This document shows positions 25,254 to 39,675 of a stretch of DNA of 64,000 nt, piece by piece (position 1 is the stretch's first letter; each line of letters begins with the position of its first letter). The notes under the pieces are model-generated. The model worked only from the letters and a program-made list of their open reading frames with translations. It had not been told where the DNA came from and made no database searches. A program made the translations under genes and the position numbers. The stretch is from Eledone cirrhosa (Eukaryota): assembly GCA_964016885.1 (NCBI GenBank), contig OZ024742.1, positions 270,010,001 through 270,074,000 of the forward strand, read 5' to 3'.

Positions 25254-28200
25254 GGCGACCTACGTAGGAAATTGTATCAGCGTGAGCTCCGCAAAGGTTT
25301 GTTGTTTTCAGTTGTTTCAAATTGCCATTTATGGACAATTTCTGTTGTTAAGTTTTTTATAAGGTCACCTAATTTGCTTTCGGAAAAGGACACTCAAAAA
25401 GATTTGGGCCTTGAGCCCAAAATTTAAACTTTTATAATTATCAAACAAAAAATTAGTTTGAAAGAAACATGGACGATTCACAGCTACACCAGGCTGACAG
25501 CCTTCCTCACAAACTAACACCTCACACCAACACCACCGTTGTAAATATGACTACGTTTGCCAAAACTAAAAATATAAGCAGTAGCAATAATTTAAATTTG
25601 TCTCATGCAGACATTGATTTCCCGCCATTACCAATTACTGCAGGTGTTAAAGCCGCCACCCCCACCACCACCACAGCGAAATCAGAAACGAACAAAAAAA
25701 TTATCTCGTGACATCGAAATGGATTCACTCAGAATCGACTCTTCCACACCGAACACCACTGACACCACCACCACCACAACTGAAACTAAAAATAACAAGA
25801 ACAAAAATAACAATAACAACAACAGCAAGAACAACAATGAGAATAGCAACACAATGTCGTTTACCAAAGCAGTCAAAATATGCGAAACAATCCAGGTAAC
25901 TCAGGAGGAATTAGATGAAGCCAAGATAATGGTAAAGAAATATGGGTACAGGGTCACCCCCAACACACACACACCTAATAAAATGTAGCATCGGCGCCTA
26001 TGCACTGTGTCTTATCGGACGATTAACATAAAATCGCGCCGAGTGGAACGGGCATCCGAGTCCCAAATCCAAAAACTTTGGGACATGTGTGGCCAAAGAA
26101 AACCCACATCAGACGTGAGCAGAAATATGGAACCGTGGACGTGTTCTTTGGAACACCGCAGGAGGCCAGAGAGCACTCCATGACCCCATTAAAAGCGACG
26201 ACTTAACACTCGTCCCAAGCTATTTTGGCCAAAGACTCGTAAGGATCAGGGTGACCCACGTTCTACCGGCCATCGAAATTCCCTGGCTAATGGCTGCCGC
26301 CATCGCAGGCATCAAGGCCAACATCAAAATAATAGAAATAGCAAAAGAAGAACAGGAGAACTGGTCCGGATCTGGGATGAAGCACCTGATCCAAGCGGAC
26401 CAAAAAGGCATTGAGGAGATCCCAGAGGTAATAGACCTCACTGACGGCAGCCATCTCACCGTAATCGTCGAGGGGAGAAGGTCTAGGTGTGTCGTTTGTG
26501 GTTAAGGAACCCATCTAAGGGATTTATGCCCTCAGGCTAACAAGTTGAGGCCACCTCTTTTACCCACCCCAGTGACTCAACCATCAACACCATCAGCAGC
26601 AGAAATGGCAGCAACAATTGTAGCAGCAACAACAGAAGCAACTGTAAGAGCAACAGCCCCAGCAATAGTAGCAAAACCAACACCACCACCATCCGATGCG
26701 CCAGAACTAGCACCAGTGCCTACACCATACACCACGCCACAACCAAAACAAACGCCTGTGGAGGATTTTCCACTCCCCGACCTATCGCAACTGAAGACAG
26801 ATTGTGACGACGAGGATTGGGAAACGGTATCAGGAAAAAAGAAAAACAAGAAAAAGATGCCAAAAAAGAAAAAAGAAAAAGAAGCCAAAAGCAAAATACA
26901 GTGGGAAACAAATAAACTATCAACCAAAAAAGTTAGGACAGCTATGCCACCATCCACACCAGCAGCACCAACCTCATCACCACAAACACCAACACCATCA
27001 CCATCATTAACCCCAACACCACCATCACCAACACCACAAAAGTCACCACAAGGATTTATAAGGACATCCTTCCGGAGAAGGCCACAGGCAGTGAAAAGGA
27101 TCTCAGATGCACGCTGGGATGTGTGGGATTAGCGGATAGGGAAGGAGGGTGCAAGAGCCTCACCAAACTGCTCAGGCGTTTTGAACTGTCTGACAGGTAC
27201 CGATTGGATTTCCCGAATGTGCCAATTTAGACTTGGACAAACCGCATCAGGTCATCCAGATCATATCTAGATGGAGTATTTTGTAGGGAAATAGATAGGT
27301 CTAGCATAGGCTGTCCAAATTCCAAGATAGTCAGCTACACGGACCACACATTCGTGATCTGTGTGCTTGACTTAGATAGGCTTCATAGACGAGGACCCGG
27401 CTACTGGAAGCTAAACGCGTCCTTACCAGCGCGCAAGGCTTACAGAGACCGGATAAGCGAACTAGTTAAGCGGGCGTTGACGGGGGCCATCGTCAAAAAC
27501 AAGTGGTGGTTTGTTCTGAAAAGAGCGATTAGAATAGAGTCCATTTAGGTTTAGTAAAGCTTTAGCTATAGAGAAAAATAGAGCAGAGGGAGAACTAGTT
27601 AGGAAAGGCGACCGACGTTCTTGCGGAGAAATTGGCCCTTGACCAATTCTTCAATGCAAAACATGAAGGCTGCGTTGTCAGAGCTAGGGTGCATGCTCTC
27701 AGACACGAGGGGACGAAAGCCGTTCAATGGGCCCGAGTGGCGGAGTCACGTCGTGGCAACAAAGCCACGATCCGGTCTTTGGTGGACCACGAGGGGCGCA
27801 TGCTACTCGATCCCGAGCAAATGTGTGAACCTTTTCAGCGACACTTCGCTCAGCTGTTCGGGGGCAGCGGCGGGTCGGATCGAGAGATGGACTTTAGTGT
27901 TTACCTCGACGGACTGCCACGGTTTTCGGCCACTGAGGCGGAGTGTTGCGAAAAGTCGATAACAGCCGTTAAATTACGGGAGGCAATGACTTGCTGCACA
28001 AGGGGTAAAACGCCTGGTTTGGATGGTCTGCCCTATGAACTTTACGTACAGATGCCAGATTTTTTCGGAGGCCTCTTGGCGAACGTCTACTGCAACTGGC
28101 AACAGAACGGGATAATTCCCAGCTCTGTGAGCCGAGGAGTTGTGGCGCTGCTGAAAAAGGATCCGAACAAGGGGGATAACATATATAATTTCAGGCCCAT

Positions 28201-30312
28201 AACACTGCTAAACACAGATTTCAAGATTTTGGCCAAGGTGCTAGCAAAGAGGTTGGCACTTGTCGTTGGTGGTCTGGTGGGAGAGGCACAGACATGCACC
28301 ATTCCCGACAGATCGATCCACGACAACCTCCACCTCACGCGATACATCGTGGAGAGGGTAGCCAGGGAACCGTGCACGGGTGGGTCCTTAATCAATTTAG
28401 ATCAATCGAAAGGTTTCGATAGAGTCGACCATCGTTACCTAGCGGCAGTGCTGAGGGCGCTGGCTTAGGGTCCGTCTTCAAAGGCAGGATCGCTGCCATG
28501 CACAGAGACATCTGCTCTGTGGTGAGAGTGAACGGTCACCTTTCGGAACCGTTCAACATCATGCGCTCAGTCCGCTAACGAAGTCCCCTCTCCTCCCTCT
28601 TGTACGTATTGACTCTCGAGCCATTACTGCACAAACTGGAGACGTTGAGGGGAATCCCGCGCGAACTAGGATGCGGAAGATCCGTGTCAGCATATGCGGA
28701 TGATGTCACCGTAGTGGTGTCGAACGCCAAACACATCGATGCGATCGTCACTACACTAAGAGAAAACGAAGCGGTGAGAGGAGCAATGATCAACCAGGAA
28801 GCAAGTAGCCCTGCAGCTCGGCACTTGGAGAGGCAGGTCCATGCCGTCCAACAGCGTCGTCGAACGCTCGACGGACGGACTGCTTTAATTGCTAGGGGTC
28901 TGGTTCGGTCCGGACCTCTAGACTGACAAAGACTCGGACGAGGTGACGAGCAGGGTGGCTCCTCTCACCCAGAAGTGGGCGGAGAGGAAGCTATCCCGGA
29001 AAGTTCGAGCCGAGGTGGCTAACGCGTACATCGAGTCCGTCATCTACTACCGCCTGACCGTCGTACCTTGTCCTAAGCCCCGCCTGACTGCGCTGGAGCG
29101 TTTGCTCTTTCTCTTTTTGTGGAAGGGACGCGCTCCGATGGTCAGGCCGTCCATCTGCTGTCAAAACCCGCTACGTGGAGGGCTGGGCAGGCCGGGGCTG
29201 ATGATGCGCAGACACGCGCTCAGGCTACGACATCTCCACCTCTTCCTAGACGGTGATCAGAGTGGCCGCTGTTTGCTAGACGCGTCTTTCCCCAGCTGAC
29301 GCGTCTTTCCCCAGCTGACGCAGCTGCAGTCCTGTGTCAAGCGAAGACCGAGAGGGAGCGCTTGGAGACTGGAATGTCTTCAGGCGCTCACAGCCCTCGA
29401 CCAATCGGGCAATGTGATCGGTGGAAACTCCACCTTGGCGTACTATAGAGGATTAGTGGAGGGGAAGAACGACGACGTACTTGGGGAAATTCTAGGCCTT
29501 GACGAAAATCAACTAGCCAATCTCTTCGGAAGAACTTTCGGGCCGGGGCCTATGGACAACTTCCAGAAATCATGGCCTGGCAGTGCTACCGAGGAGCTTT
29601 GCCAGTTCGGGATAATTTCTACAGGCATGGAGATGCCATCAGCCGGGAATGTCCGAGATGAGCGCAGGACGACGACACCGTCCTGCACGGACTCGTCCAG
29701 TGTCCGAGCATTGCTAACTTTTGGGTTTATGTCGAACACCTGCTGTTGCGTGTAGGACAGATCCAGCCATCAGCTGAGTCCATCATGAGGATTGCCCCGC
29801 CCTCTTCCTTTAGCCGGGAAGGGCAGGCAGTTTTTATCTGTCTGGTGGCCATGGCGAAAGAGATAGTATAGTGGACACATTTGAAAGGGCTGAAAACGAG
29901 CATTACCTCTTCGGTGATGCCCTGATTAACTTTTTTAAATTTCATTTGAAAAGGAAAATCACGGTAGAGAGGGAACTGCTCTCTTCCCAGCATTTTGTTG
30001 AAAGATGGGTGAGAGAAGCAAGTATGGCCCCAGTGAATGGGCCTACTCTGAGTATGTGTCTGTAAATTAAAGGCGGAAAACTGGGAGAGGGCACTTGTCC
30101 TGGTGGTCAGAGTCACTGTTGCCTTTTAATGGGCTTTCTCCACTAATGTCCCTCCGAAGTCTCCCCCCTATGGGGAATTTTTCATTTTTATTTTTTATTA
30201 CATCCTGCTATGTTTTTTTTTATACGCAGAAATGCCCATTTGTACCGCCCTGTATTGTGCTGTACTGTTGTTAATGTCTACTTTATGTAAACCCTTGTGG
30301 TTAATAAAGAAA
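25253..30312 (+). mobile_element. Tx1-clade LINE, copy 2, with internal deletion of the 5' half of the endonuclease
   Basis: Homologous to copy 1 throughout (VEGRRSRCVVC, GPGYWKLN, KTPGLDG, YADD). It jumps from the ORF1 end to mid-APE at ~27060-27100. Preceded by (ATT)n 25199-25252; ends AATAAAgaaagc-attatt. Confidence 0.9.
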
Positions 30313-30329
30313 GCATTATTATAACTTGT

Positions 30330-30381
30330 CGTAGTAGTAGTAGCAGTAGTAGTAGTACTAGTAGTAGTAGTAGTAGTAGTT

Positions 30382-30438
<57 letters not shown>
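30330..30438. repeat. (GTA)n microsatellite
   Basis: Directly visible. Confidence 0.95.
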
Positions 30439-30439
<1 letters not shown>

Positions 30440-31407
30440 GAGCTACCGCTGCACTCTTTCGTGTGTTCAAAACACATTATCATTACCATTATCATTTTCT
30501 TCAATATATACTTTTTTCAGCAAATTATGGCAATCTTCGTATTCCACCATTTCATTTTTAATTTCATAAGCGCTCCAATGAAACTCAAAGGTTTCTCCAT
30601 GAGCAGCAAATTCCACGCTATCAATAGAAATGGTCTCTTCATCTACGATACTAATATAATCATCATTTCCATCATAATTATCATCGTCATCAACGTCTTC
30701 ATCAACACCAGTATCAACACCCCCACTACAATTGCTATTTTCTACAACGATATGCCTTTAATTTTGATCATCAATATAATTCACATAACCATCATGAACA
30801 CTACCATCATAATTATTATCATCATCATCATCTTTATCATCACTACCATCATTATTATTAATATTATCATTTTCATTACCAACATCACCACCATCTTCAC
30901 CTTGACCACCTCCTTCATCAACAACATTACCTTTCATATCAATTTTCAATCCTGACACACTCACACATTCTATAAATTCATTTTGTATGCCTTCCAGAGT
31001 ATTAGGGAAACAACAATAGAAACACATTGTTAATTATAATGAAATGCGGGTCTAAGAGAAATAAATTAATGTTCAGGGAATAAAGCAAATATCTTTTCTC
31101 ACTCGGTTTTTGTGTGCGTGTGGGGGGGGGGGCTGTTGGTGAGCGCAACACATTTTAAATTGGCTAATTAAAATTTTATAGGATTTTGAAAATATGTCTG
31201 ACAACCAAAAATGATGACAATCCAACCAAACATATTATGTACGTCTACACTGATTATTAAATATTTAGATATCTATCTATATTCATTTTAATTCCCTCGT
31301 CTTTGTTTCACTCCCCACTCTCTCTCTCTCTCCCTGTCACTCGCCACCCCACCCCAACACACACGCACACACACACGCACACACATACACACTTATATAT
31401 ATATATA

Positions 31408-31510
<103 letters not shown>

Positions 31511-31749
31511 CTTTGTGCGTGTGTATATATAGGATTGTGTGTGTGCGTGTATGTGTGCGTGTGTGTGTGTGAGTATGGGTATATAGATATATAAAGAAAG
31601 AGATAGATGGAGAAACGGAATGGTGATCAACTAATTATTTTAATTACAATTTTATTCTTTCAAAAGGATATCGGTATTTTAGACTTGTTTTTAGTATTAG
31701 TAATTAATTGCTTCATCTAAAGCAGCATTGTGAAAACATGTTTGTTGTT

Positions 31750-32770
31750 CTTCTTTTTCACTCAACTATTTTTGAAAGGGTCATGGGGGCTGAGTCCGCA
31801 AACACTCCTTCTAGTGGGTCCTGCCAGACGTAAAATTCTCGAATTGATCCGTGTGTATCACCAAGCGAAGCATGTTAATCCCATGAATGTTATCCACTCA
31901 TATTCCTCGAGTTCTATTCCTCGATATTCTGCTGGGCGGTTTTATCTGTAAAATGTGTTCAGCGATCCTTTCTTGAGACATTCTAACCTCAATTTGGTGG
32001 AGTAGCGACTCTAACCTGAGTGACTCTCAGATCACTAAGCTATCCACTCTATCGAGTAACGTTACTCCAAAAGCCCTTCGGGGTCACCCCATTTCGGTCA
32101 CTTATAACTCGCGATTATATTCTTTCGGTTGTTACCCAAGATTCATGACCGTAGGTAATGGTAGGGATGTCTACCAATTTTGAAGTTTTCTTTTATTTTA
32201 CATCTAACTCCCATCTTCTGATTAACGGTGGCTGAATCTGGCTCATTACTCCACCAGCTCCTAGAAATATTTCACTTAATTCAGTCGGCTGCCTTTCACC
32301 ACTCGTGAATACAGCCTGAAGATACTTGACATTCTACACCTGCTTCAATGCAACTTCATTGATATGTAGAGTGCATTGCACAGTCTTTCTTGGGCGTAAA
32401 AGTGTTGCAGTTTTCGCAGCACTGATTTTCATTCCAGGCACGGAGCACTCAGCATCAAAACTATCATAAGGAAGTCTACTGATATTACATCCGCAAATGG
32501 AGATACCACTTCCAACCCCGCTGCGCATGTCAATCCTGTTCATGAAAAGAACAGGAGAGGTGAAAATACGCACCCTTTGCGGAGTTCGCTTCCCACATTG
32601 AATGGCTTAGATGTGTCCCCAATTATCCAAATACATACACTCGACTATTTGTATAGAGACATCAGAACAGCAACAATCTGACCATCGATGCCATACTCCT
32701 TAGAACCTTCCATAGCAGGTCCCGAGGAACATGATATTATGCCAGTTTGAGGTCTACGATACAAGAATAT
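31750..32770 (-). mobile_element. Degenerate RTE-clade LINE RT fragment
   Basis: Minus-strand remnants of DL..AY.HVPRDLLWKVL, GCVFSP and GMKISAAKT; related to 61470-61810. Confidence 0.65.
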
Positions 32771-33498
32771 ACATTTGAAAATGAATGATTTACAGTTACT
32801 GCATCTTTGATCTTATTCAATGTATTGACTAAATGAAACCAGTATTCAAACACCAATCTCACTTGAAAATAATGCAAAAATGACTACATATGCAAACTGG
32901 ATATGATTTGTTTATCCTTATGCGGATTCGCTACAGAGTACATTAAGGTCTCATACACCCTATTGCAACTAATTGACCAGCAACTATTATTATGTTCAGC
33001 TCAATTTTTATCCCAACAGTAGTGTTTGGCGGAAAGCGGCATGCTCGTTTTTGAGAGCTATCCATTGAAATCAGCAATTTCAAAGCTGGATTTTGACTGA
33101 GAGCAATTCTTCGGACTTGTAAGAATCACAAATTAGTTGTTTATTGAGAGCGTATGTATTAATGATACCCAGGCCTCCTTCGGGTTCGCAAGTATCCCTC
33201 TCTCAACGATAACTGGATCTGTTCTTAGATAATGTTCCCAAACAGATGGTACCGTACGGTTTCGACAGAAGGGGACAGCAAAACAACGAGTGCAAACTTT
33301 CAGGGCAATTCATTCTCCATTTTGTCCTCCAGGACTACGAAATTATTTTGTATGATGGGCTATGATTGTCTCTCTTCAATGTCTTCAGCTAAAACGTATT
33401 ACTCTCTGTAAGAAAAGGAAACTATGTAAAAAACGCAAGCAACAATATACCTGAAACGTATTACTATCAAATTAAGGGAAATCATAAATTAAATAGCA

Positions 33499-33570
33499 TT
33501 ATCGGTAGTATAGTGGTAAGTATCCCCGCCTGTCACGCGGGAGACCGGGGTTCGATTCCTCGCCGGGGAG
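33499..33570 (+). tRNA. tRNA-Asp(GTC), acceptor stem imperfect (possible pseudogene)
   Basis: ttatcggTAGTATAGTGGTAAGTATCCCCGCCTGTCACGCGGGAGACCGGGGTTCGATTCCTCGCCGGGGAG closely matches the metazoan tRNA-Asp consensus. There is an A:G mismatch at acceptor pair 3 and a TTTT at 33581. Confidence 0.88.
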
Positions 33571-33585
33571 GTACATATAATTTTA

Positions 33586-33782
33586 GGGCGGTGGATTGGC
33601 AGTATCGGTAGAGGGTCGGACGCCATGCTTTCCAGCATAGTTACGTCCCTTTATGATCTGAGTTCAAATCCCGCCGAGGTTGACTTTGCCTTTCATCCTT
33701 ACGGGGTCGATAAAATAAAGTACCAGTAATGCACTGGTTAATTGCTGGCCTTGTGCCTAAAGTAGAAACTATTATATTATTA
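33586..33782 (+). mobile_element. Full-length tRNA-derived SINE F
   Basis: gggcggtggattggcagtatcgg...GAGTTCAAATCC...ggggtcgataaaataaag...tagaaac followed by an att tail. Confidence 0.85.
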
Positions 33783-34556
33783 ATGCTACATAGCATAGTA
33801 TATACATTTCCTAAATATCTGAGTATCACTACGACACATAACACATTGTGTGGATCAATTCCTGGGCGTTGCCCTCTTCTTGGGTATCACAATGTAGAGC
33901 ACTATTCGAAAGTATACGTTTTAGTCTTTCAATGCGTAATGGCTTGAAATGTATAAATCTTGAGTGCAGCGGTAATATAAGACACTTAACGTAAGTAAAT
34001 CTCAATCGAAAATATTTAATTGGATTCTAGTATTTAATTATTAAAAACAAATTAATTATATGAAAGCTGACAGATACCCCCTGTAGAATCACACGTTTAA
34101 ATTCGTAGTAAATATCGACTCCTATTTTCACTTTTTTTTCAATGATGAGATTTCGGTACTGAGTAACTTTATACAACAAAACTGAAACAGACATTTTAAT
34201 AATTTTGAGATAGAGCGTCCGTGATGTTTGCTCTGATCTGATTAGTTTTAGAAATTCTACCTGTTTTTATGTTAAAAAAGTGGCTCCAGCGGTATTAAAA
34301 TAAGTTTTGCGCCAATTCGTGTTGCAAAAATTATTGTGGTCAAAACAATTTTGATGGTCAGTAGAAGTCAAGTGAATGTAAAAAATTGATTTTGCGCCAA
34401 ATGTAGGTTTGTGTCGGCTGACTGAGAAATAAGTATTTAACAACAAATATGTGTGTGTGTGTAGTAGTAGTAGTAAAGAGGTTCGTTGTTGTGATAATGG
34501 TCAGCAGGGATGTGTGTGCGACCGCAGCCTGTTGACAGTTCAAATGCCTATTAAGA

Positions 34557-34633
<77 letters not shown>

Positions 34634-34989
34634 CAGAGTAATTCGTGGTAGAGGGATGGTCAGTAGGAATGTGTCTGGTAGTGTGTGGGGGATATTTTAA
34701 CATGTTAAGAGATATTTGTTCAGCTCTTGTCTTATACGGAGAAGTGTGTGTGTGTGTATGTGTATGTGTGTGTGTATGTCTCTTTGTATGTTAATGTACG
34801 CGTTTGTATGTGTGTGTGTATATATATATATGTGTGTGTGTGTGGGTGGATTAGTATTTATTTCTGTTAAAATGGTGTACATTACTCGATATTTTCAGTA
34901 AAATCGATTCTCTCAATAGAACATCAAAAACCTTAATAATAAAAGGTGTGAAATGATATATAGTATTGGCATACCAAGGTGTGTGTGAG

Positions 34990-35192
34990 TGTGTCCAGAT
35001 TGTACGTACTGCAAGGGGGATCCATTAGGCCTTGCCGTATTGGATACCTGTGCACAAATATGTATCTGGAGTGTGTCCAGAAATTGTATACCTGTGCACA
35101 AATATGTATCTGGAGTGTGTCCAGATTTGACGTACTGCAAGGGGAGTTCATTAGGCCTTGCCGTATTGGAATACCTGTGCACAAATATGTAT
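34990..35192. repeat. Local tandem duplication (~80-bp unit x2 with a partial unit between)
   Basis: gtgtccagat..gtactgcaagggg..cattaggccttgccgtattgga..tacctgtgcacaaatatgtat repeated. Confidence 0.8.
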
Positions 35193-35458
35193 GTGCCCAT
35201 CAGTGTGCAATGCATATGTGCGTTTATGTATGTGTGTGTGTCGGCACGTTTATATCTATAGACACCAAAAGGTATTCAATTTGTGTATATTTATGTTGCA
35301 CCATAGAACATGTGTGTTTACGTATGTCATTGTGTTTATATGTGGATAGAGACGTATGCTGATGTAGGTATGTATGTTGACGTGTGTATGTTGTGGATTC
35401 GTCTTAGGGAGAAGTGTTTAGACGGGGTCCGTATTTGTTAATAAAGTAAGATTCCTTG

Positions 35459-35496
<38 letters not shown>

Positions 35497-35499
<3 letters not shown>

Positions 35500-35541
35500 T
35501 CTCTGTGATCTATATACACTGGCCATAGACATACACACACT

Positions 35542-35575
<34 letters not shown>

Positions 35576-35590
35576 TATATATATATGTGT

Positions 35591-35654
<64 letters not shown>

Positions 35655-35710
35655 ATGTGTGCGAGTGTGTGTATGTCTATGGCCAGTGTATATAGATCAC
35701 AGAGACCTAT
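35497..35710. repeat. Palindromic fold-back: ~45-bp perfect inverted arms around (CA)n/(TG)n
   Basis: ggtctctgtgatctatatacactggccatagacatacacacactc and its exact reverse complement, flanked by (TA)n. Confidence 0.9.
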
Positions 35711-36339
35711 ATATATATATATATATACTCACACTCATTTATATATATATACATACACACACGCATATATGTATGGGCCTTCCAGTTTCATTTCACATTA
35801 TACACATGTTTGAGTATATTTTAATTATTTTAAAATGATTTTTAAGTGAACATTACACAACAGGTCGCCGGTGGTCTAGTAACTTTTAAATTCTTAACTA
35901 TTTCGTTAATCGTAAACAAATACATATAAATAAATAAATAAACACAGTAGTCTAATTCTTTCGTAGTTATTTTCGATTTGAACCAATTGTAGCTAAGTAC
36001 AATGCTAATTTTTACAGACTTACTATAAATGTTTATGATAATGTAGAATTCATTTTTAAATGCGTGTGTGCACTATGAGCAGGTTGACCAACTTCAGGTC
36101 AACAGGTTTAAATAACCACTTTCTTCGAGGAATCATTCGTTCTTGTTGTCGTTCCCATGTTTTGCCGGTGTTCAATACGCTGACTCGATAACGAAATCAA
36201 ACGCTCACTATTTCGTTGATGCTTTGTTAGACATACCAACTCACATTCCTAGGTAAAGATAATGAAATACATAACAAATCATTTAATGGCTCTACAATGA
36301 TGAATACAAGTATTGTAAATCTGAAAAGTTCGAATATTA

Positions 36340-36518
36340 ATAATTGTCTCTATTTTGGCACAAGGCCGGCAAATATCCAGTGTATTACTGGTACTTTATT
36401 TTATCGACCCGTCTGATTGAAAGGTAAAGTTAACCTCCGCGGGATTTGAAATCAGACCATAAAGGGCCGTAACTCTTTGCTGAAAAGCATGGCGTCCGAC
36501 CCTCTACCGACACTGCCA
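36340..36518 (-). mobile_element. SINE F copy
   Basis: Matches family F. Confidence 0.75.
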
Positions 36519-36877
36519 CAAACAGCCACTTAATCCATGTCAGTAGAATGACCCCGAAATTCCTGCTCTTCGGGATAAAGCAGAGCTGAAACAGCTGTCT
36601 ATATGAAGACGTACATTGGAATAAATGTACACCAAGAATACTGACCACTCCCCGAAAAAACAAGAGTACTTTAAAGAAGTTTTATGTACAGACTGTCTGC
36701 CTGTATATGGACTCTGCCCCCCCCCCCCTGCTCCATAGCCACTGAGTATACCAGCTAATACAGGCAATTCAGTTCTGAATACCGGCGATTCAGATCTGAT
36801 CAAGCCGTTGAAACGGCAGGAGCTTAGCCGTGAGGGTCCCGAACTTTTCATATATATATATGTGTATGTGTGTGTGT

Positions 36878-36945
<68 letters not shown>

Positions 36946-37689
36946 GTTTTTAAATATAATTTCTAGTTAATTATTAAACATGCTAACATCAAAAGCTTAC
37001 GCCAATTACAGCAAATTACGCACATGTTTCTTAAGAGATAATTAATCACATGCAGCATATATATGGTGCCGTGGAAATATTTCCTTCGGAGTATCTTCTG
37101 CATTAAACGAAAGAGGTAACTACAGTTAAAGATTTGCGTTTAGAATTAAACTATATTTGAATAATTAAACATATTAAGTCTGATTGTTTTTTATGAAGTC
37201 TTTTCTAAATCTGATATTATGTCTTTTCTAAATCCATCAAATTTACCTTCGTGCATTTCGCTAGACTGTATAATGTCCTAATATTCTAGAAAATATTTCA
37301 TACAATATCACAAATATCAATTTATTACAATTTATAAAGCTGACTATCACTAAACGAGATACCAAATTAATTGATTTTTATTTGAAATATATTCGTCTCA
37401 CCCTAAATGAATATGATAATATTCCAAAATGATAAATAATCATAAAAAATCAGGAAAATACCAATTAAAAACTTTGAATGGTGTACGAATGAGAAATTTC
37501 AAATTTCAAATCCCATAGCAGGCACCTCTGACCACTTTTATCCGTCTACAAACATACCTAACCCATTTTCTTAGTGATCGCCTCTTATAAACATTTTCAT
37601 TGAGACAACTGTTTTCCATGTTCTCGATATTTCGAAAATTTCGAAAGTTGCTCGGATGGTCACATCTCTAGCTACAAAGTTACATCTTA

Positions 37690-39050
37690 TAACAGATGGC
37701 GGTCATAGATGTTTTACTGTAATGGTTAACACATTCGTTGGGTTTTCAACAGATATGGGGTCCGATTCGACAGGAATAGTTTATTGCATTTTCTCAACTA
37801 TTATTTATACCAATCGAGTGATTTATATTGGAACGAATACAATTCATATTTCTAATTTTCCCAATGTTTATTGTGTTAAATGGATATTTGAATTTGTAAT
37901 ATATTTTTGGTTTTGTTTACGCAGGGGCAATTATCGAAATTCCACTTGCAATGCCTTGCATGCACAATGTTATATTAATGTCACACTCACTAATTGTTAC
38001 GTTGCCATTTGCGAAAACTAAATATTTGATAAGATGGAGTTTAGTGATAGAATGATAAAAATGTCAAACTGAATAAACTTAAAATACAGCTTGCTGTGAT
38101 CTTCGTGAAATGATTTTAATATTGACAGACTGTTACAAAGCTATAGGAGAAATTATTTATTGTTTTCTCTAAATACAATTGCTTCCAGATTTGGCTACAA
38201 TAGGAATCTTGAAAAACTGTTTGCGGAATTATTTCAGCAATATATTCCCTTTATATGGACATGGACTTTATGAACATTAAACAACAATAGGTGTGGATGG
38301 GTACAAAGCCTATTCTATCAGCGATGTTACGCTTAGTTGTGAATTATATAACTTCTAAGCATTGCCAAATTTGGTGCTAACTGTTTTTTATATAAATAAT
38401 AAGGATGAATAATAACTTGCTAGATAAAATGTCATTGACAATATAACAGCTGTTTACTTTTATGCATGTTTTCAGCAATATTTCTGTTGTGAATTCGTGT
38501 GTTGAAAACCGATATTGCTATATTTGGAGATGGTCATGTCAGTACAGCCAATATATTTAAATGTGTGTGTATGTACAGATAGGTTTGCAGGAATGCATAT
38601 TTGAAATAGAGTTTGTTATTAACCTTAATTTGCCACGATCTTGTCTCATCTCAGTAGTAGCTTTTTCGAAATTTGCACCCGCATTAATGATTTAGAATGT
38701 AAGATCGATGTGATGGATGGTTACATTGTTAATGTCAACTTATAACGCAGAGATTTTACATTCGATATTCAGGACGGATATGATTGTGTACCCATGCCTA
38801 TCACGATTGTTCTTGTTCTGACGGATGCTCAATACAACTTGCAGGACAGCTACGATTTACAACATACTTTCTGCATATGCACTTCCATCTTCACCAATTG
38901 CTTTTCCACGAGGAATTTGTTTTCTCTTCTTCATTAAGTCAACAAAATGCAGTCAGGCAAAAAAGGCATTTTATTTACATGCGGACATCGGACACCCATA
39001 TTCATGTACATATGGATTTTGTGAGGTAACGCCAAAATACATCTAAAGGA
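37690..39050 (+). pseudogene. Putative decayed class A GPCR pseudogene(s)
   Basis: Across frameshifts: FTVMVNTFV (TM1), RNSLLHFLNYYL..SDL and LIFPMFIVLNGY (TM2), WIFE, MHNVILMS + CYVAIC (TM3/DRY region), later C..ATIYNILSAYALP (TM5). Confidence 0.45.
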
Positions 39051-39675
39051 ACATAGATTGCACTATGCGTTTCAATATCGTATGAAACGTTCAAATAAAT
39101 ATAGTTGACATCTTTGTCTCTCAGAAATGTATCTCTCTGAAAAATGTTTGACATTTTCCGAGATGTGTCTCCTAGTGTATATTATCCCCAAAGCATATTA
39201 TCAAATTATAAAACATTTCATAGATTAATACATAGAAATAATGGAAACTCGTGAAATTCGTTGCCACATTTTTTTGCAAACTTTATCTAGAACGATCCCA
39301 CAGCATATATATTAGCCCTCTCACGCGTCTTCAATTGCACCCTTTCAAACATTTCAGCTGCAATTTGTACATATTCGTTAGTTACACTCTCAACGCATAA
39401 TGGTTTTCATAAACACACTTATGTATCGCTATCTATATTATCTCTGGATCAATTTTCACTACACAAACCTCAAATTATGCTTAGTTTTTGTTCACAAAAG
39501 AAATCTAAAAACATTTGTGTATCACATCTCTAAACATGTGACATGAATATTTTTTAGATACAGCATTTCATATGTTTAAGTAACATCATTTAAGTTGCCA
39601 TAACATCAGAAATAAGAACATCACAGCAACGTTTTGTTCTTCCAAGACTCAGCATTAGATATCTATAGAAAATAT

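Noticed and set aside
30461-30955. 164-aa Ile-rich ORF
   Set aside because: Degenerate (ATC/ATT)n low-complexity sequence.
33240-33340. Possible hammerhead (minus-strand GAAACCGUACGGUA)
   Set aside because: No intact CUGANGA or matching stem I upstream.
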